Below are positions 47,150 through 59,729 of a DNA stretch of 64,000 nucleotides, piece after piece (within the stretch, counting starts at the first letter, position 1; each line of letters opens with the position of its first letter). Source of the stretch: Mobula hypostoma (lineage: Eukaryota); contig NC_086097.1 of assembly GCF_963921235.1 (NCBI RefSeq), positions 196,294,001 to 196,358,000 on the forward strand, in the 5' to 3' direction. The position numbers were made by a program, and so were the translations under genes. The notes beneath the pieces were generated by a model, which was given only the letters and a program-made list of their open reading frames with translations, had not been told where the DNA came from and did not search any database.

Positions 47150-49980
47150 TTAAAGCTAGGGCTTTACTCTCTGGAGAGAAGGAGGATGAGAGGAGACATG
47201 ATAGAGGTATACAAGATATTAAGAGGAATAGAAACATAGAAAATAGGTGCAGGAGTAGGCCATTCGGCCCTTCGAGCCTGCACCGCCATTTATTATGATC
47301 ATGGCTGATCATCCAACTCAGAACCCCGCCCCAGCCTTCCCTCCATACCCCCTGACCCCCGTAGCCACAAGGGCCGTATCTAACTCCCTCTTAAATATAG
47401 CTAATGAACTGGCCTCAACTGTTTACTGTGGCAGAGAATTCCACAGATTCACCACTCTCTGTGTGAAGAAGTTTTTCCTAATCTCGGTCCTAAAAGGCTT
47501 CCCCTCTATCCTCAAACTGTGGCCCCTCGTTCTGGACTTCCTCAACATCGGGAACAACCTTCCTGCATCTAGCCTGTCCAATCCCTTTAGGATCTTATAT
47601 GTTTCAATCAGATCCCCCCTCAATCTTCTAAATTCCAACGAGTACAAGCCCAGTTCATCCAGTCTTTCTTCATATGAAAGTCCTGCCATTCCAGGAATCA
47701 ATCTGGTGAACCTTCTTTGTACTCCCTCTATGGCAAGGATGTCTTTCCTCAGATTAGGGGACCAAAACTGCACACAATACTCCAGGTGTGGTCTCACCAA
47801 GGCCTTGTACAACTGCAGTAGTACCTCCCTGCTCCTATACTCAAATCCTCTCGCTATAAATGCCAGCATACCATTCGCCTTTTTCACCGCCTGCTGTACC
47901 TGCATGCCCACTTTCAATGACTGGTGTATAATGACACCCAGGTCTCGTTGCACCTCCCCTATTCCTAATCGGCCACCATTCAGATAATAATCTGTTTTCC
48001 TATTTTTGCCACCAAACTGGATAACTTCACATTTATCCACATTAAATTGCATCTGCCATGAATTTGCCCACTCACCCAACCTATCCAAGTCACCCTGCAT
48101 CCTCTTAGCATCCTCCTCACTGCTAACACTGCCACCCAGCTTCGTGTCATCCGCAAACTTGGAGATGCTGCATTTAATTCCCTCATCCAAGTCATTAATA
48201 TATATTGTAAACAACTGGGGTCCCAGCACTGAACCTTGCGGTACCCCACTCGTCACCGCCTGCCATTCTGAAAAGGTCCCGTTTATTCCCACTCTTTGCT
48301 TCCTGTCTGCTAACCAATTCTCCACCCACACCAATACCTTACCCCCAATACCATGTGCTTTAAGTTTGCACACTAATCTCCTGTGTGGGACCTTGTCAAA
48401 AGCCTTTTGAAAATCCAAATATACCACATCCACTGGTTCTCCCCTATCCACTCTACCAGTTACATCCTCAAAAAATTCTATGGGATTCGTCAGACATGAT
48501 TTTCCTTTCACAAATCCATGCTGACTTTGTCCGATCATTTCACCGCTTTCCAAATGTGCTGTTATCACATCCTTGATAACTGACTCCAGCAGCTTCCCCA
48601 CCACCGACGTTAGGCTAACCGGTCTATAATTCCCCGGTTTCTCTCTCCCTCCTTTTTTAAAAAGTGGAGTTACATTAGCCACCCTCCAATCCTCAGGAAC
48701 TAGTCCAGAATCTAACGAGTTTTGAAAAATTATCACTAATGCATCCACTATTTCTTGGGCTACTTCCTTAAGCACTCTAGGATGCAGACCATCTGGCCCT
48801 GGGGATTTATCTGCCTTCAATCCCTTCAATTTACCTAACACCACTTCCCTACTAACATGTATTTCGCTCAGTTCCTCCATCTCACTGGACCCTCTGTCCC
48901 CTACTATTTCTGGAAGATTATTTATGTCCTCCTTAGTGAAGACAGAACCAAAGTAATTATTCAATTGGTCTGCCATGTCCTTGCTCCCCATAATCAATTC
49001 ACCTGTTTCTGTCTGCAGGGGACCTACATTTGTTTTTACCAGTCTTTTCCTTTTTACATATCTATAAAAGCTTTTACAGTCCATTTTTATGTTCCCTGCC
49101 AGTTTTCTCTCATAATCTTTTTTCCCCTTCCTAATTAAGCCCTTTGTCCTCCTCTGCTGAACTCTGAATTTCTCCCAGTCCTCAGATGAGCCACTTTCTC
49201 TGGCTAATTTGTATGCTTCTTCTTTGGAATTGATACTATCCCTAATTTCTCTTGTCAGCCACGGGTGCACTACCTTCCTTGATTTATTCTTTTGCCAAAC
49301 TGGGATGAACAATTGTTGTAGTTCATCCATGCAACCTTTAAATGCTTGCCATTGCATATCCACCGTCAATCCTTTTAAGTGTCATTTGCCAGTCTATCTT
49401 AGCTAATTCACGTCTCATATCTTCAAAGTTACCCCTCTTTAAGTTCATAACCTTTGTTTCTGAATTAACTATGTCACTCTCCATCTTAATGAAGAATTCC
49501 ACCATATTATGGTCACTCTTACCCAAGGGGCCTCTCATGACAAGATTGCTAATTAACCCTTCCTCATTGCTCAAAACCCAGTCCAGAATAGCCTGCTCTC
49601 TAGTTGGTTCCTCGACATGTTGGTTCAAAAAACCATCCCGCATACATTCCAAGAAATCCTCTTCCTCAGCACCTTATAGATAGAGTGGACAGCCAGCACC
49701 ACTTCCCCAGGGCACCACTGCTCAATACAAGAGGACATGGCTTTAAGGTAAGGGGTGGGAAGTTCAAGGGGGATATTAGAGGAAGGTTTTTTACTCAGAG
49801 AGATGTACTGCCTGAGTCAGTGGTGGAGGCAGATACACCAGTGAAATTTAAGAGACTACTAGACAGGTATATGAAGGAATTTAAGGTGGGGGTTATATGG
49901 GAGGCAGGGTTTAAGGGTCGGCACAACATTGTGGGCCGAAGAGCCCGTACTGTTCAATGTTCTATGTTCTCTATGTTCTA
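47150..49980 (+). mobile_element. CR1 3' fragment (host), split by a younger antisense CR1
   Basis: LGLYSLERRRMRGDMIEVYKILRGI|DRVDSQH is continuous across the insertion; TTCTATGT tail at about 49960-49980. Confidence 0.88.
47233..49675 (-). mobile_element. Young 5'-truncated CR1 (end of APE and complete RT, 648-aa ORF)
   Basis: ORF 47423-49369 with QGSVLGP and FADD; frameshift near 49370 and a premature TAA at 47423; ATAGA duplicated at 47228-47232 and 49676-49680. Confidence 0.95.
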
Positions 49981-50147
49981 AAAAAAAATGAATGACAAAA
50001 AGTTAAGATTTTAAACTCATACTAGATCTCAATTTGTACTCAAGGTTATTTTTGTTAATTTGAAATATTCAGGTTTTTATTTCATATTATTGCTTTATGA
50101 TTACTGAAACTTATCATGATTGTTTTTGAATGTCCATTTGGTTTGGC

Positions 50148-50153
50148 AATAAA
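50148..50153 (+). promoter_or_regulatory. Candidate ABHD3 polyadenylation signal AATAAA
   Basis: First AATAAA I noticed in unique AT-rich sequence after the CR1 block; others follow and there is no transcript evidence. Confidence 0.25.
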
Positions 50154-53100
50154 TTTACATAATTACCACATTTAACAGTAGATTAAAACCATCTGAGCTA
50201 TCATTTAATATGAGACAGTGATTTTAATTCATTTTAACCATATTTTCAATTCATAAAATAGTAGTTCAGAAAAGAATATGATTTGACTTTTTTTGTGGTA
50301 CTTCATATTTTACATTGATTCAGTTATAGCAGCTGTCTGCATTTTGGTTCTCTGAGGAAAAAAAACAGTACCATGAAATTAAGTACTAAACATTGCTTCT
50401 GATAATTATGCTTAAGGCAGAAGCACAGATATTGCTAAGATAAAATTCTTGCCAGAAAAGGAATAAAAACAAACAGAGGATGCATTTTCATTTTAACTTT
50501 GGAGTTGACTAATTTATTTTGCAAATATGGATGTATGTTGGTTGTGCCAAGGGCATATTCCAATAACCTAATAAAGAATGAAATCATACTTAAATAAATA
50601 GCTGCTAACTACAAGTTGCACAGTACATGAAAAATATCACAATGAACCACCCCAGGGCTTTAGTATTTACACAGTCTCTGCTGATAAGTTGTATATGAGT
50701 GATTCTACATACTTAGTTAATGTATCAGCGGATCCAGTACTGAATTGTGGATTTTCTAGCCCTGAGTTTATAAAATTGAATTCATTGATCACAAATCCAG
50801 CATCTGTATCAGAATGGATTACAAATGTAATAAACATCTTTTTGAGAAATTAGAAAATAATTAAGATAAATATTGTGTTTATGAAAATTTATATATTTTT
50901 ATCTAAGTATCATTTAATTACTTTAGAACAAACACTGTGAACTTTAATCTCATCCCAGGGTACAATATAGAGTTTCAAAATGTGGATTATTGATTTCCCT
51001 AAATATCTACAATAGAACTATTTAATCTTTAACTAAGATTGCAAACTAGAATCTTTATTTTTCTTGTTATTGTTAACTTTGTTTTAAACTATTATCACAG
51101 GATATAGCTTGAACTCTGCCTAACGTAGTAAAGAATCCAACTGACATGCTTTACAGGCTGCTTGGCTGTATCTAAACAGAAACAGAACAAGGTCCAATGG
51201 ATCACCTGGTACCAACTTTACCTGGATTTTAACATTGCAAAATCATCTCCAGCGCAATCAATCATTCAAAGCGCATCTCTCAGATATTTAGGGGTTGCTT
51301 TCTAAATTAGGAGAGCTGTCCTGCAGACTAGTTGCCAACTTAACTCAGTTATACTCACAGAATCCTGCCATTCAAATAATCTTCCATGACATCCCACTGG
51401 CCTTGTCCTTCTTGCTTCTTGGACATGCATCTGCCCATAATGGTACAGTATTTACAGGAGTGACCATCACATTCTCTCCTCAAGGTAAAGTATTTATACT
51501 GAATTCATGTTCTGTCAGATTGAGCTTGATGGAATGGTTTCAGAATAGTATGGTAGATCATAGCTGGGACATTCATGAGGCACTGCTGGCCAACAGCTTC
51601 AGCAGAACTATATACCATACTCTGGTTCTATGGAAGGTACAGAAAGCTATGCTGTGAGAGCAGCAGGTTGATTTAAAAATGTGGTATCATGCTGGTGAAG
51701 CTGTAGCATAAGGTCACATACATGATAACTACTAAAGGCAGCAAGTAATAAACAAAACTAAGCAAACACACACCAAAATAGATCAAAGGAAAACTGCATT
51801 CTGTCACCTCCAGCCATGAACGTGATGCCCATCCAAAACCCACATCAAAATTACCTTCTGGCCAAGTTAATTTTATATATGCTCAGCTGATCGTTTAAAA
51901 CTACTAACCAAAGTGATATGAGAACTAATAACTTTCTGGATGAATTGTATCTTAGGTTAGCTGCCTAGAAGATGGGATTGAACATGGAGAAATGTGGACA
52001 ATGTCATAGATCAGCCAGCCTGAATTACAATGTAATAGTCCAAAGCCCACATGGGAGAAGAATGGTGAGACATTGATGCATGAGGAAAGAACCAGCAATA
52101 AACAACAATATAATATCTGCGATATAATCTGCAATAAACTGTACCGTCCAAGAGAAAGCTGCTGGAAATGTTGACAATATATTAACACTGTGTTTTTGAA
52201 TTAATTTATTGGTGGGAGAATTCTGTTTATTGGGTATTGAATTTCAACTCCTTTTAATGAGCTGTTTGCAGGCACTTAGCTCGATTTGTCTCGTATGCCA
52301 GCCTCATTTTCCAAAGAAATACCAGATCAAAATATGGTACATATTTTACTTTAGAACTCAACAATATTTGATTCCTAACATTAATTCCTTTGCTGATTTC
52401 TTCAATGCAAAGGAGATATTTCTGTTTATAGAAACCATCAATAGTTGGGAGAAGTTCCTGCTAATCTATACTATTTAGTGACATAGTGCCACAGCTATTC
52501 TGGACAAAACTACCTGTAAAACCAACTATGTGCACTTAGAGTTCATTCACTTTCCCAGAAAAGTTCAGACACCCATTAAGTAATAGACAAATCCATTTTT
52601 ATACATTAAGTATTTGGCAAAGGAAATCTTACAATTAATTTTTGTCTTAATAAGTGTGAATTAATATATGAGGTGTTCTTTTATATGTTAGCTATTTGTA
52701 ATAGATGTTACAATCTGCACTGAAGAACTAAAACAGCAGCATACCTCACTCAATACACAAGGTTTAGGAAATAAGTATGCAATTAATAGTGCACAAATGC
52801 TTAGAGCATTTATTTGTTTGATGTATTTATTTATCAAGTAGAGAAGAGCTGTCAGATTCTTACTGGTTCCCAGAGGAGCAATCCCACCGGAACTAGTTGC
52901 CTTCTCCTTAACTCCCTGTGGCACTATTCTCCATGACACACCATCAATATCCCCTTGCTTCTTCCTGCTGCCTCTCCTACACTGAGATGTAATTGAAAGT
53001 ATCTAATTAATCTGTGAAATTTGCCATGTTTAGATTAAATATTGCAACATAACGATTTGATTAAGTAGTAGTGTTGTTAGCCTGAAAAGCTGCGTATGCT

Positions 53101-53594
53101 TCAGCGATATACCCAGTGTACAGTAAGTACTACTAAGCACTGGGGTAGTACTTTGGCTTTTTGCAGATAAAACGAAGTGAGGCATTTTATTTTTAATGAA
53201 ACCCATAACATTTTATTGAACTTCAAAATCTAAACACAAAATCGCACTAAAAATCTTTACATGATAATCTCATCACATCAGACCAGCCTCTTAAATTGAA
53301 ATCTCAATTCAGTGTCAGTGGTCGTGAATTATGTACATCTTTCCTAATTACGTTACCCTACACAGCCCTCCCCCACCCCCCACCACCAGAATTCACTAAA
53401 ACCAGCATTGTGAGCCTGTCCGGAGCTCGGGTTTGTCACCCGGCTCGGGTTCTGGGTTCCATGAGTGGAGGAACAGCAGGTCATGTTGTGATGCCAGGGT
53501 ATGGCAGAAGAATACTCCAAATCCTGGCGGGCCAGTTTAAGGCAATCTACCAAAATACTGCACATTCAGCTTTACCCCTCTTATGAAATAAAAG

Positions 53595-54155
53595 TCTTCA
53601 ATATCGGAATATTCAATATCCTCAATATCGGAATGGGAATGGGAAGTGGAGTTAAAATGGGTGGCCACTATGTCCAATATGTCAACCAAAGGCCTCCTCT
53701 ACTGTCATGATGAGGCCGCACTCAGGTTGGAGGAACAACACCCTATATTCTGTCTGGGTAGCCTCCATCCTGATGGCATGAACATCAATTTCTCAAACTT
53801 CCGGTAATGCCCCCCACCTCACCATTTCCCATCCCCCTTTCCCTCTCTCACCTTATCTCCTTGCCTGCTCATCACCTCCCTCTGATGCTCCTCCCCCACT
53901 TTTCTTTCTTCCATGGCCTTCTCCAGCCCTGTTTGTCTTTCAGCAAGTAACTTCCCAGCTCTTTACTTCATCCGTCCCCCTCCCAGTTTCACCCTAACAC
54001 CTTGTGTTTTCTCCCCCTCCCCCCACCTTTAAAATCTACTCCTTATCTTTTTTTCTCCAGTCCTGCTGAAGGGTCATGGCCCAAAATGTCAACTGTTCTT
54101 TTCCCACAGATGGTGCCTGGCCTGCTAAGTTCTTCCAACATTTTGTGTGTGTTGC
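53595..54155 (+). mobile_element. PLE 3' fragment with a short inverted 5' piece
   Basis: LEEQHPIFCLGSLHPDGMNINFSNFR, pLTR and degenerate hammerhead at about 54058-54095; 53615-53670 is in the opposite orientation. Confidence 0.85.
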
Positions 54156-54828
54156 ACCCATTTTAGCAAATTCCCTATAGTCCTTCACTGGTGCATTAGC
54201 AAGGGCAATGTGAACTTGATCAGGTATTTGCTGCATGAAGAATTCTTTAAAAATAAAGCAAGGGTGGTGATTTCCCAGAAGAGACAGTATGTGGTCCATT
54301 AGCTCCGAAGGCCTAGCATCGCCAAGTCCGTGTAAGGAGAACTCAGACTCCGATAGTCCAAAAGTCTGTAAAAGGTGAGTTTTCAGTGATCGGTATTTAT
54401 CGTGTTCAGGCGAGAGTTCTTGTAGACTCACCACTCTTGCAACCAACCGTGGAGTTGCTGAGCAACGCTACCACATAGAAACACTTGGTGTTTCTCACGA
54501 TGTACACTGGGCCTCAGCTTCTACAAATGAAGCAACAGCATTTTGCTCCCAAAATTTTGGCAGATTCAAAGCAATTGCATTGGCCGATATGTTCAATAAC
54601 TCTGGAATCATCCTGGAGCATCGGGGTCACCAATGTAGGTTTCCACAAATAAGACAAAGTGAGGCATTTTATGTTTAATGAAACCGGTAACACGTTTTAT
54701 TGAACTCCAAAACCTAAACACAAAATCGCACTAAAAGTCTTTATGTAATAATGTCATCACGTCAGACCAGCCTCTTAAAGTGAAACCCCAGCTCAATGTT
54801 GGTGGTTGTGAATTATGTACATTTCTCC

Positions 54829-55128
54829 TGTTACCTACCCCGTAACTGGGTTGCCAAACCAGCAGAAATGGAACGCTCGTTGGAGTCTGGTTTACTAGGA
54901 ACTAATAAAGTTTTATTAAAGACATAAGTAATACCGTACTCTAATCGTAAGGATATCAATGTAACAGGTTAGCAATGATAATACACACATATACACAGAA
55001 ATAGGGTAATAGGAATCAACCAAGCTCTATCGCAGTCTAGGGGTAAAATGATCAGTCTTAAGTGAAGCAGAGTTCAGTTCAGTTTAGTGCAGTTCGCAGT
55101 AATCGCTGTTGCTGTACCGTTGGGGAGA

Positions 55129-55193
<65 letters not shown>

Positions 55194-55703
55194 TTTGGTT
55201 CAGGCAGACCTTTGATGTCTTCACAGTTGGTTTCGGGCAGACCCTTTTATGTCTTCTAATCCCCGCTGTGGTCACCGACTGTGACCCCTCCATTCCGGAT
55301 ACGATCGTTCTTCCGCGGTGAACCCGGCACCCAGGCAAGGGCGGACGCACACCCCAGGTTCCCACCAATCGTACCTTTACACCCTGTGAGCCTCTGGTCG
55401 GTTCCCGTGAACTGGACCTCCAAATTCCCACCACTTGTGGGGGTACACTACTCTTTCCAGGGTCTCGTGATGTGTCGCATGCCTTAGCAAACCTGCTCTT
55501 TTTATCCCCCTGCTGGGGTATCACCTGTCCATCAAACTTCAAACAGTTCAGGTTCAAAGCAACTGGTCTGTCAATATTCTGAATTGTGTTTCTTTTCTGT
55601 TAATCTCTCTCTTCTCTCTTATTAGCATTTTGAATGTTTCTCCATTGTCTTTCTTATCTCTCTCGTTAGCATCAATCATCAGCTAGCTTTGGTTGGCGTC
55701 ACA
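54829..55703. mobile_element. Solo LTR (875 bp)
   Basis: TG...CA ends (TGTTAC..GTCACA); 4-bp TSD CTCC at 54825-54828 and 55704-55707; removal restores the host LTR. Confidence 0.88.
55125..55188. repeat. (GA)n microsatellite
   Basis: Directly visible. Confidence 0.98.
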
Positions 55704-55904
55704 CTCCCAATTACATTACCCTACAGTAGCACCAATGCAAAATACCAAATTCCATTGTAGAATAAGTCAATCAGTGATAGTGCCCTTTCTCAGGCCAATA
55801 TCCTCAGACTGTGGTTCATTTTGGGCAGATCATATGGTCCACATGCATGACATCAGACTCCAGAAACAAATACTTAACTCAGAGCTGAATTACACACGAA
55901 CATG

Positions 55905-58617
55905 GGAAATTGAACAGTACGGTACATAAACAAACCTTCAACCCACAATGTCTCTGCCAACCATGATGCAAAATGAATCTAATCCCATCTGCTGCACATA
56001 ATCCACATTTCCCCATTTCTTTTGCATACATGGATCTGTCTAAATGCCTCTGAAATGCTACTATCATGCCTGCTTCCACCACAATGTCTGGCAGTATGTT
56101 CCAGGCAACTACTACCCCCTGTATACAAAATTTACCCCACAGGTTTTGCTAAAATATTTCATTTTTACCATAAAACTATGCCTTCCAATATCTGACATTT
56201 CTGCACTGGGGAAGTGATTCTGATCCTAACAGTGCCTTACATAATTTTATAAACTTCTATCAGGTCTCTCCTCAACCTCCAACAATGTCAGAGAAAACAA
56301 TTCGATCCAATATAACCTCTTCTTATACTAATACACTCTATCCAGGCAGCATCCTCTGCATAGTCTCCAAAGCCTCCACATCCTTTCTGTAATGGAATGA
56401 TCTGAACTCAACACAATCTGTCAAATATAGAATAATCGAAGTTTTATACAGCAGCAATATGACTTCGATACTTTTTATTTATTTATTTAGAGACGTGGTG
56501 TGAAACAGGCCGTTCCAACCCAACAAGCAGCACCACCCAGCAACCCACCTATATAAACTCAGCCTGAGACAAAATCTGATATCCAAGAAAAATGCACAAA
56601 TAATCTGGAATCAAATATATCATATTATGCAATGCTTCAGTTCAAGAGATGCTATTGTGTGCAAGTGAGAGAACAGAGCTATGCATTGATCACATTCAAA
56701 AATAGTATTTGTTTCACTAATGAAGATAAACCTCAAAACATCTATTGCACTGTAGTATCTTAAATTTTAAAAATGGTGGGCTAAAATTGAGTTTTAACAA
56801 AATTATTTTGATACAAACCTTTGTCATCATTTACTTCTGGTATAGCTCTCATTCTACCATTAGATTCCTCACATCATTTTCTTGATAAGGTTGTCAGGTG
56901 GCCTGCTCTCAAGCAGGCTGCAGAGATTTAGTGACACTGATTTGCCTTCAGCCATTTCTATTACTCATGTTCTCCACAGTAAGACCAGAAGATCATAAGC
57001 CACAGGAGCTGAATTACGCCATTTCATCATGGCTGATCCATTTCCCTCTCAACCCCATTCTCCTGCTTTCTTCTCACAACCTTTCTCACACTGACTAATC
57101 AAGGACATATCAACCTTCACCTTAAATACATCCAGCCGCCTGTGGCAACAAATTCCACAGATTCACCATTCTCTGACTAAAGAAATTTGTTATCTCCATT
57201 CTAAGTGGATGTCCCTCTATTCTGAGGCTGTGCCTTCTGGTCCTAGACTCCCCCACTATAGGAGACATCCTCTCCACATCAACTCTGTCTAAGCCTTTCA
57301 ATATTTGATGGGTTTCAATGACATCCCCCCACCTCATTCTTCTAAATTCCAGCAAGTATAGGCCCAGAGCCATCAAACGCTCCTTATATATTGACCCTTT
57401 CATTTCCAGAATCATTCTCATGAACCTCCTCTGAACACCCTCCAATGTCAGCACATCCTGTTTTAGATAAGGGTCCCAAAACTACTCACAATAATCCAAA
57501 TGAGGACACATCAGCCCCTTATAAAGCCTCAGCATTACATCTTGCTTTTATATTCTAATCCTCTCAAAATAAATGCTAACATTGCTTTTGCCTTCCTCAT
57601 CACCAACTCACCATGCAAGTTAATCTTTAAGGAAACTTGCATGAGGAATCCCAAGTCCCTTTGTACCCTGGATTTTTGAATTTTTTTTCCATTTCGAAAA
57701 TGGTCAATGCTTTTATTCCTTCTACCAAAGTGCATTACTATGCACTTCCCAACACTGTTTCCATCTGCCACTTACCTACCCATTCTCCTACTCTGTCTGT
57801 CCGTCTGCAGCCTCCCTACTTCCTCAGTATTACCTGTCTCTCCACCTGTCTTCATATTGTCCGCAAACTTGGCCACAAAGCTATCACTTCCGTTATCCAA
57901 ATCATTGACAATATGATGCAAAAAAAAGCGGTCCCAATACCAATCCTTGTGCCCACTAGTCACAGGCAGCCAATCAAAAAAGGCTCCCTATATTCCCACT
58001 CTTTTCCTCCTGCCAATCAGACAATTCTCTATCCATGCTAATATGTTTCCTGTAATACCTTGGACTCTTATCTTGCTAACTAAGCAGACTCATGTGCGGC
58101 ACCTTGGCTCAGGCCTTCTGAAAATGCAAATACACAACATTCACCAATTATTCTTTGTCTATCCTGATTGTTATTTCCTCAAAGAACTTCAACACATTTG
58201 TCAGGCAAGATTTTCCCTTGAGGAAATTATGCTGTCTTTGGCCTGTTTATCATGTGCTTCAAGCTTAGCAATCGACTCCAACATCTTTCCAAACACTGAA
58301 GTCAGACTAACTGGTCTATAATTTCCTTTCTTCTGCCTCCCTCCCTTCTTGAAGAGTGGAACGACATTTGCAATTTTCCAGAACCATGCCAGAATCTATT
58401 GATTCTTGAATGATCATAACTAATGTCTTCACAGTCTCTTCAGCTACCTCTTTCAGAACCCTAGGGTGTAGTCCATCTGGTCCAGGTGACTTATCTACCT
58501 TCAGACCTTTCAGCTTCCCAAGTAGGTTCTCTCCAGTAATAGCAACTCCACTCACTTCTACGCCTAACACTCTCAAACTTCCAGCATATAGCTAGTGTTG
58601 CCCACAGTGAAGACTGA
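55905..58617 (-). mobile_element. Two degraded CR1 fragments (about 55905-56470 and 56980-58617) with unique sequence between
   Basis: KSPGPDGLHPRVLKE, KFADN, LGLYLLEFRR translations and CR1 3' ends. Confidence 0.82.
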
Positions 58618-58934
58618 GGGTTGTGTACTTTCTGGACCTAGCTCAAGAATAGGTAGGAGGGCATGTTATGGTGAGGATTCTTGGACACTAACTAATTGAA
58701 TCGAATGTGGAACATGTGAGGTCATGCACTTGGGTACAAAGGATCAAAAAGCAAGGTACCATCTAAATGGAGAGAAAATGCAAATGAATGAAATAGTGAT
58801 AGATTTAGGTTCTTGTGTATGAATCACAAAAAAAGTGAGCAAGCAGGTGCAGCAAGTAGGAAGGTTAATGACATAGTCACCTTTATTTCAAGTGGGTTGC
58901 AATTTATACATCAGTATACGTCAGTGATATCTGT

Positions 58935-59638
58935 ATTTGTCAGGTAGGATGCCGTGCAAAATCCTGATTTGATGGAGACAGACGTAAGAAGCACGGAGGA
59001 ACATCTGGTGAAACTTCTGAAATGCCCGCTTTGCTGCCGCTGCTACTGTGCGATCGAGAATCTCCAGAGGGGAAGGCCCCGAATCCTCGGCTTTGCCTGT
59101 TGCTTGGCAGCCGGGGCTGGGGTCGAAGCGCCCGACAGAAATGGTGCTTGGTGCTCGGTGTCGGAGACTCAAAGTTTTCAGACAGACTCAAGAGTCAGCT
59201 GTGGTCGGGTGCTTCCAGGGTGCTGCATCAGCAAGTTTGTGGTGCTGGAGGTTCATGACAGGGAGAGTTTTCTTCCTTCTACCGTCTGCGTGAGGTGATG
59301 GGACTTTCGAGACTTTGAGACTTTTTTTTAACCATGCCCATGGTTTGTTCTTTATCAAATTACGGTATTGCTTTGCACTGTTGTAACTATACGTTATAAT
59401 TACGTGGTTTTTGTCAGCTTTTTAGTCTTGGTCTGTCTTGTGTTTCTGATCATACTGGAGGAACATTGAAGCAACACACATAAAAGTTGCTGGTGAACGC
59501 AGCAGGCCAGGTAGCATCTCTAGGAAGAGGTGCAGTCGACGTTTCAGGCCGAGACTCTTCGTCAGGAACATTGTATCATTTCTTAATGCATGCATTACTA
59601 AATGACAATAAACGAGGACTGCATGTCCTCATAATCTA
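58935..59638 (+). mobile_element. Unclassified CpG-rich non-autonomous retroelement inside a CR1 remnant
   Basis: GC/CpG-rich 5' part and T-rich 3' part ending CAATAAA..TAATCTAA; CR1 sequence resumes at about 59640. Confidence 0.5.
59469..59563 (-). mobile_element. 95-bp PLE terminal mini-insertion carrying a hammerhead core
   Basis: TSD AGGAACATTG at 59459-59468 and 59564-59573; near-identical to about 11616-11710. Confidence 0.88.
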
Positions 59639-59729
59639 AGTATTGTTACAATTGTACATGACATTGGTGAGGCCACACCTGATACATAGTGAAACTGCAT
59701 ACAGTTTGGTCCCTACTTTTGAGAAAGTA

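Larger units (their letters stand above)
53152..55725 (-). mobile_element. Internally deleted Gypsy element (Mag-like gag) with two ~210-bp LTRs
   Basis: LTR copies at 53152-53362 and 54634-55725 (the latter split by a solo LTR; ends TGTAGG..CCTACA). PBS TGGTGACCCCGA (tRNA-Trp type) at 54621-54632. Gag ALNLPKFW..LGDARPSELMD. G-rich PPT-like tract at 53363-53387. Confidence 0.85.

Noticed and set aside
47423..49369. 648-aa ORF as a host gene or active retrotransposon
   Set aside because: It is CR1 ORF2, 5'-truncated, with a frameshift and a premature stop; it cannot be autonomous.
51955..52175. Coding-looking + strand stretch
   Set aside because: Contains an in-frame stop and has no recognisable homology or splice partner.
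55084..55557. ORFs with (ER)n or (SL)n tracts
   Set aside because: Translations of the (GA)n microsatellite within a solo LTR.
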